A stretch of DNA of 64,000 bases, from NCBI GenBank assembly GCA_003971905.1, contig RSEE01000153.1, forward strand, positions 1 through 64,000, in the 5' to 3' direction. Source of the stretch: Moniliella sp. 'wahieum'. Its lineage: Eukaryota. This document shows positions 63,881 to 64,000 of the stretch, piece by piece (position 1 is the stretch's first letter; the number at the start of each line of letters is the position of its first letter). Position numbers and translations under genes: made by a program. The notes beneath the pieces were generated by a model. That model had not been told where the DNA came from, ran no database searches, and worked only from the letters and a program-made list of their open reading frames with translations.

Positions 63881-64000
63881 GGAGCCTCTTGCGGCCGAGG
63901 CTCTTGGTCTTGGCAGCACAGGGTCGCAGCGGGGGATTCTGGCCACCATTTGGCCGCGCTCGCCTGATTCGCCGCCACCTCCGGATAGTCGTGTGTTGCA

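Overview
This is eukaryotic DNA, most likely from a basidiomycete fungus: short GT-AG introns with CTRAC-like branch points, GC-rich genes and fungal protein families. There is no sign of prokaryotic operons, CRISPR arrays, rRNA or tRNA. Recognisable genes are two paralogous C2H2 zinc-finger factors (head-to-head, about 12.6 kb apart), an ankyrin/RCC1/BTB protein, LCB1, THR1 (with altered active-site motifs), ATG2, NOT1, a DHA2-type MFS transporter, a RING-H2 protein, ATP2, REV7 and a Slm1-like BAR-PH protein. Mobile-element remnants are a Ty3/Gypsy gag with a protease stub and two decayed fragments of a probable restriction-like-endonuclease (CRE/Cnl1-type) non-LTR retrotransposon. Almost every gene, including ATP2, carries single-base indels, which most likely reflects an unpolished long-read assembly, so CDS boundaries are approximate. 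The most striking unexplained signal is intergenic: patches of tandem 7-bp units of the form XY-T-N-A-Y'X' (e.g. CTTGAAG, GATGATC, CCTCAGG, GTTCAAC, GGTCACC, AGTCACT, CGTCACG, CATCATG, GCTAAGC). The flanking bases vary from patch to patch but keep dyad symmetry. This suggests a symmetry-based mutational, transposon-footprint or structural process rather than one fixed binding motif. All calls were made by eye; no database searches were run.
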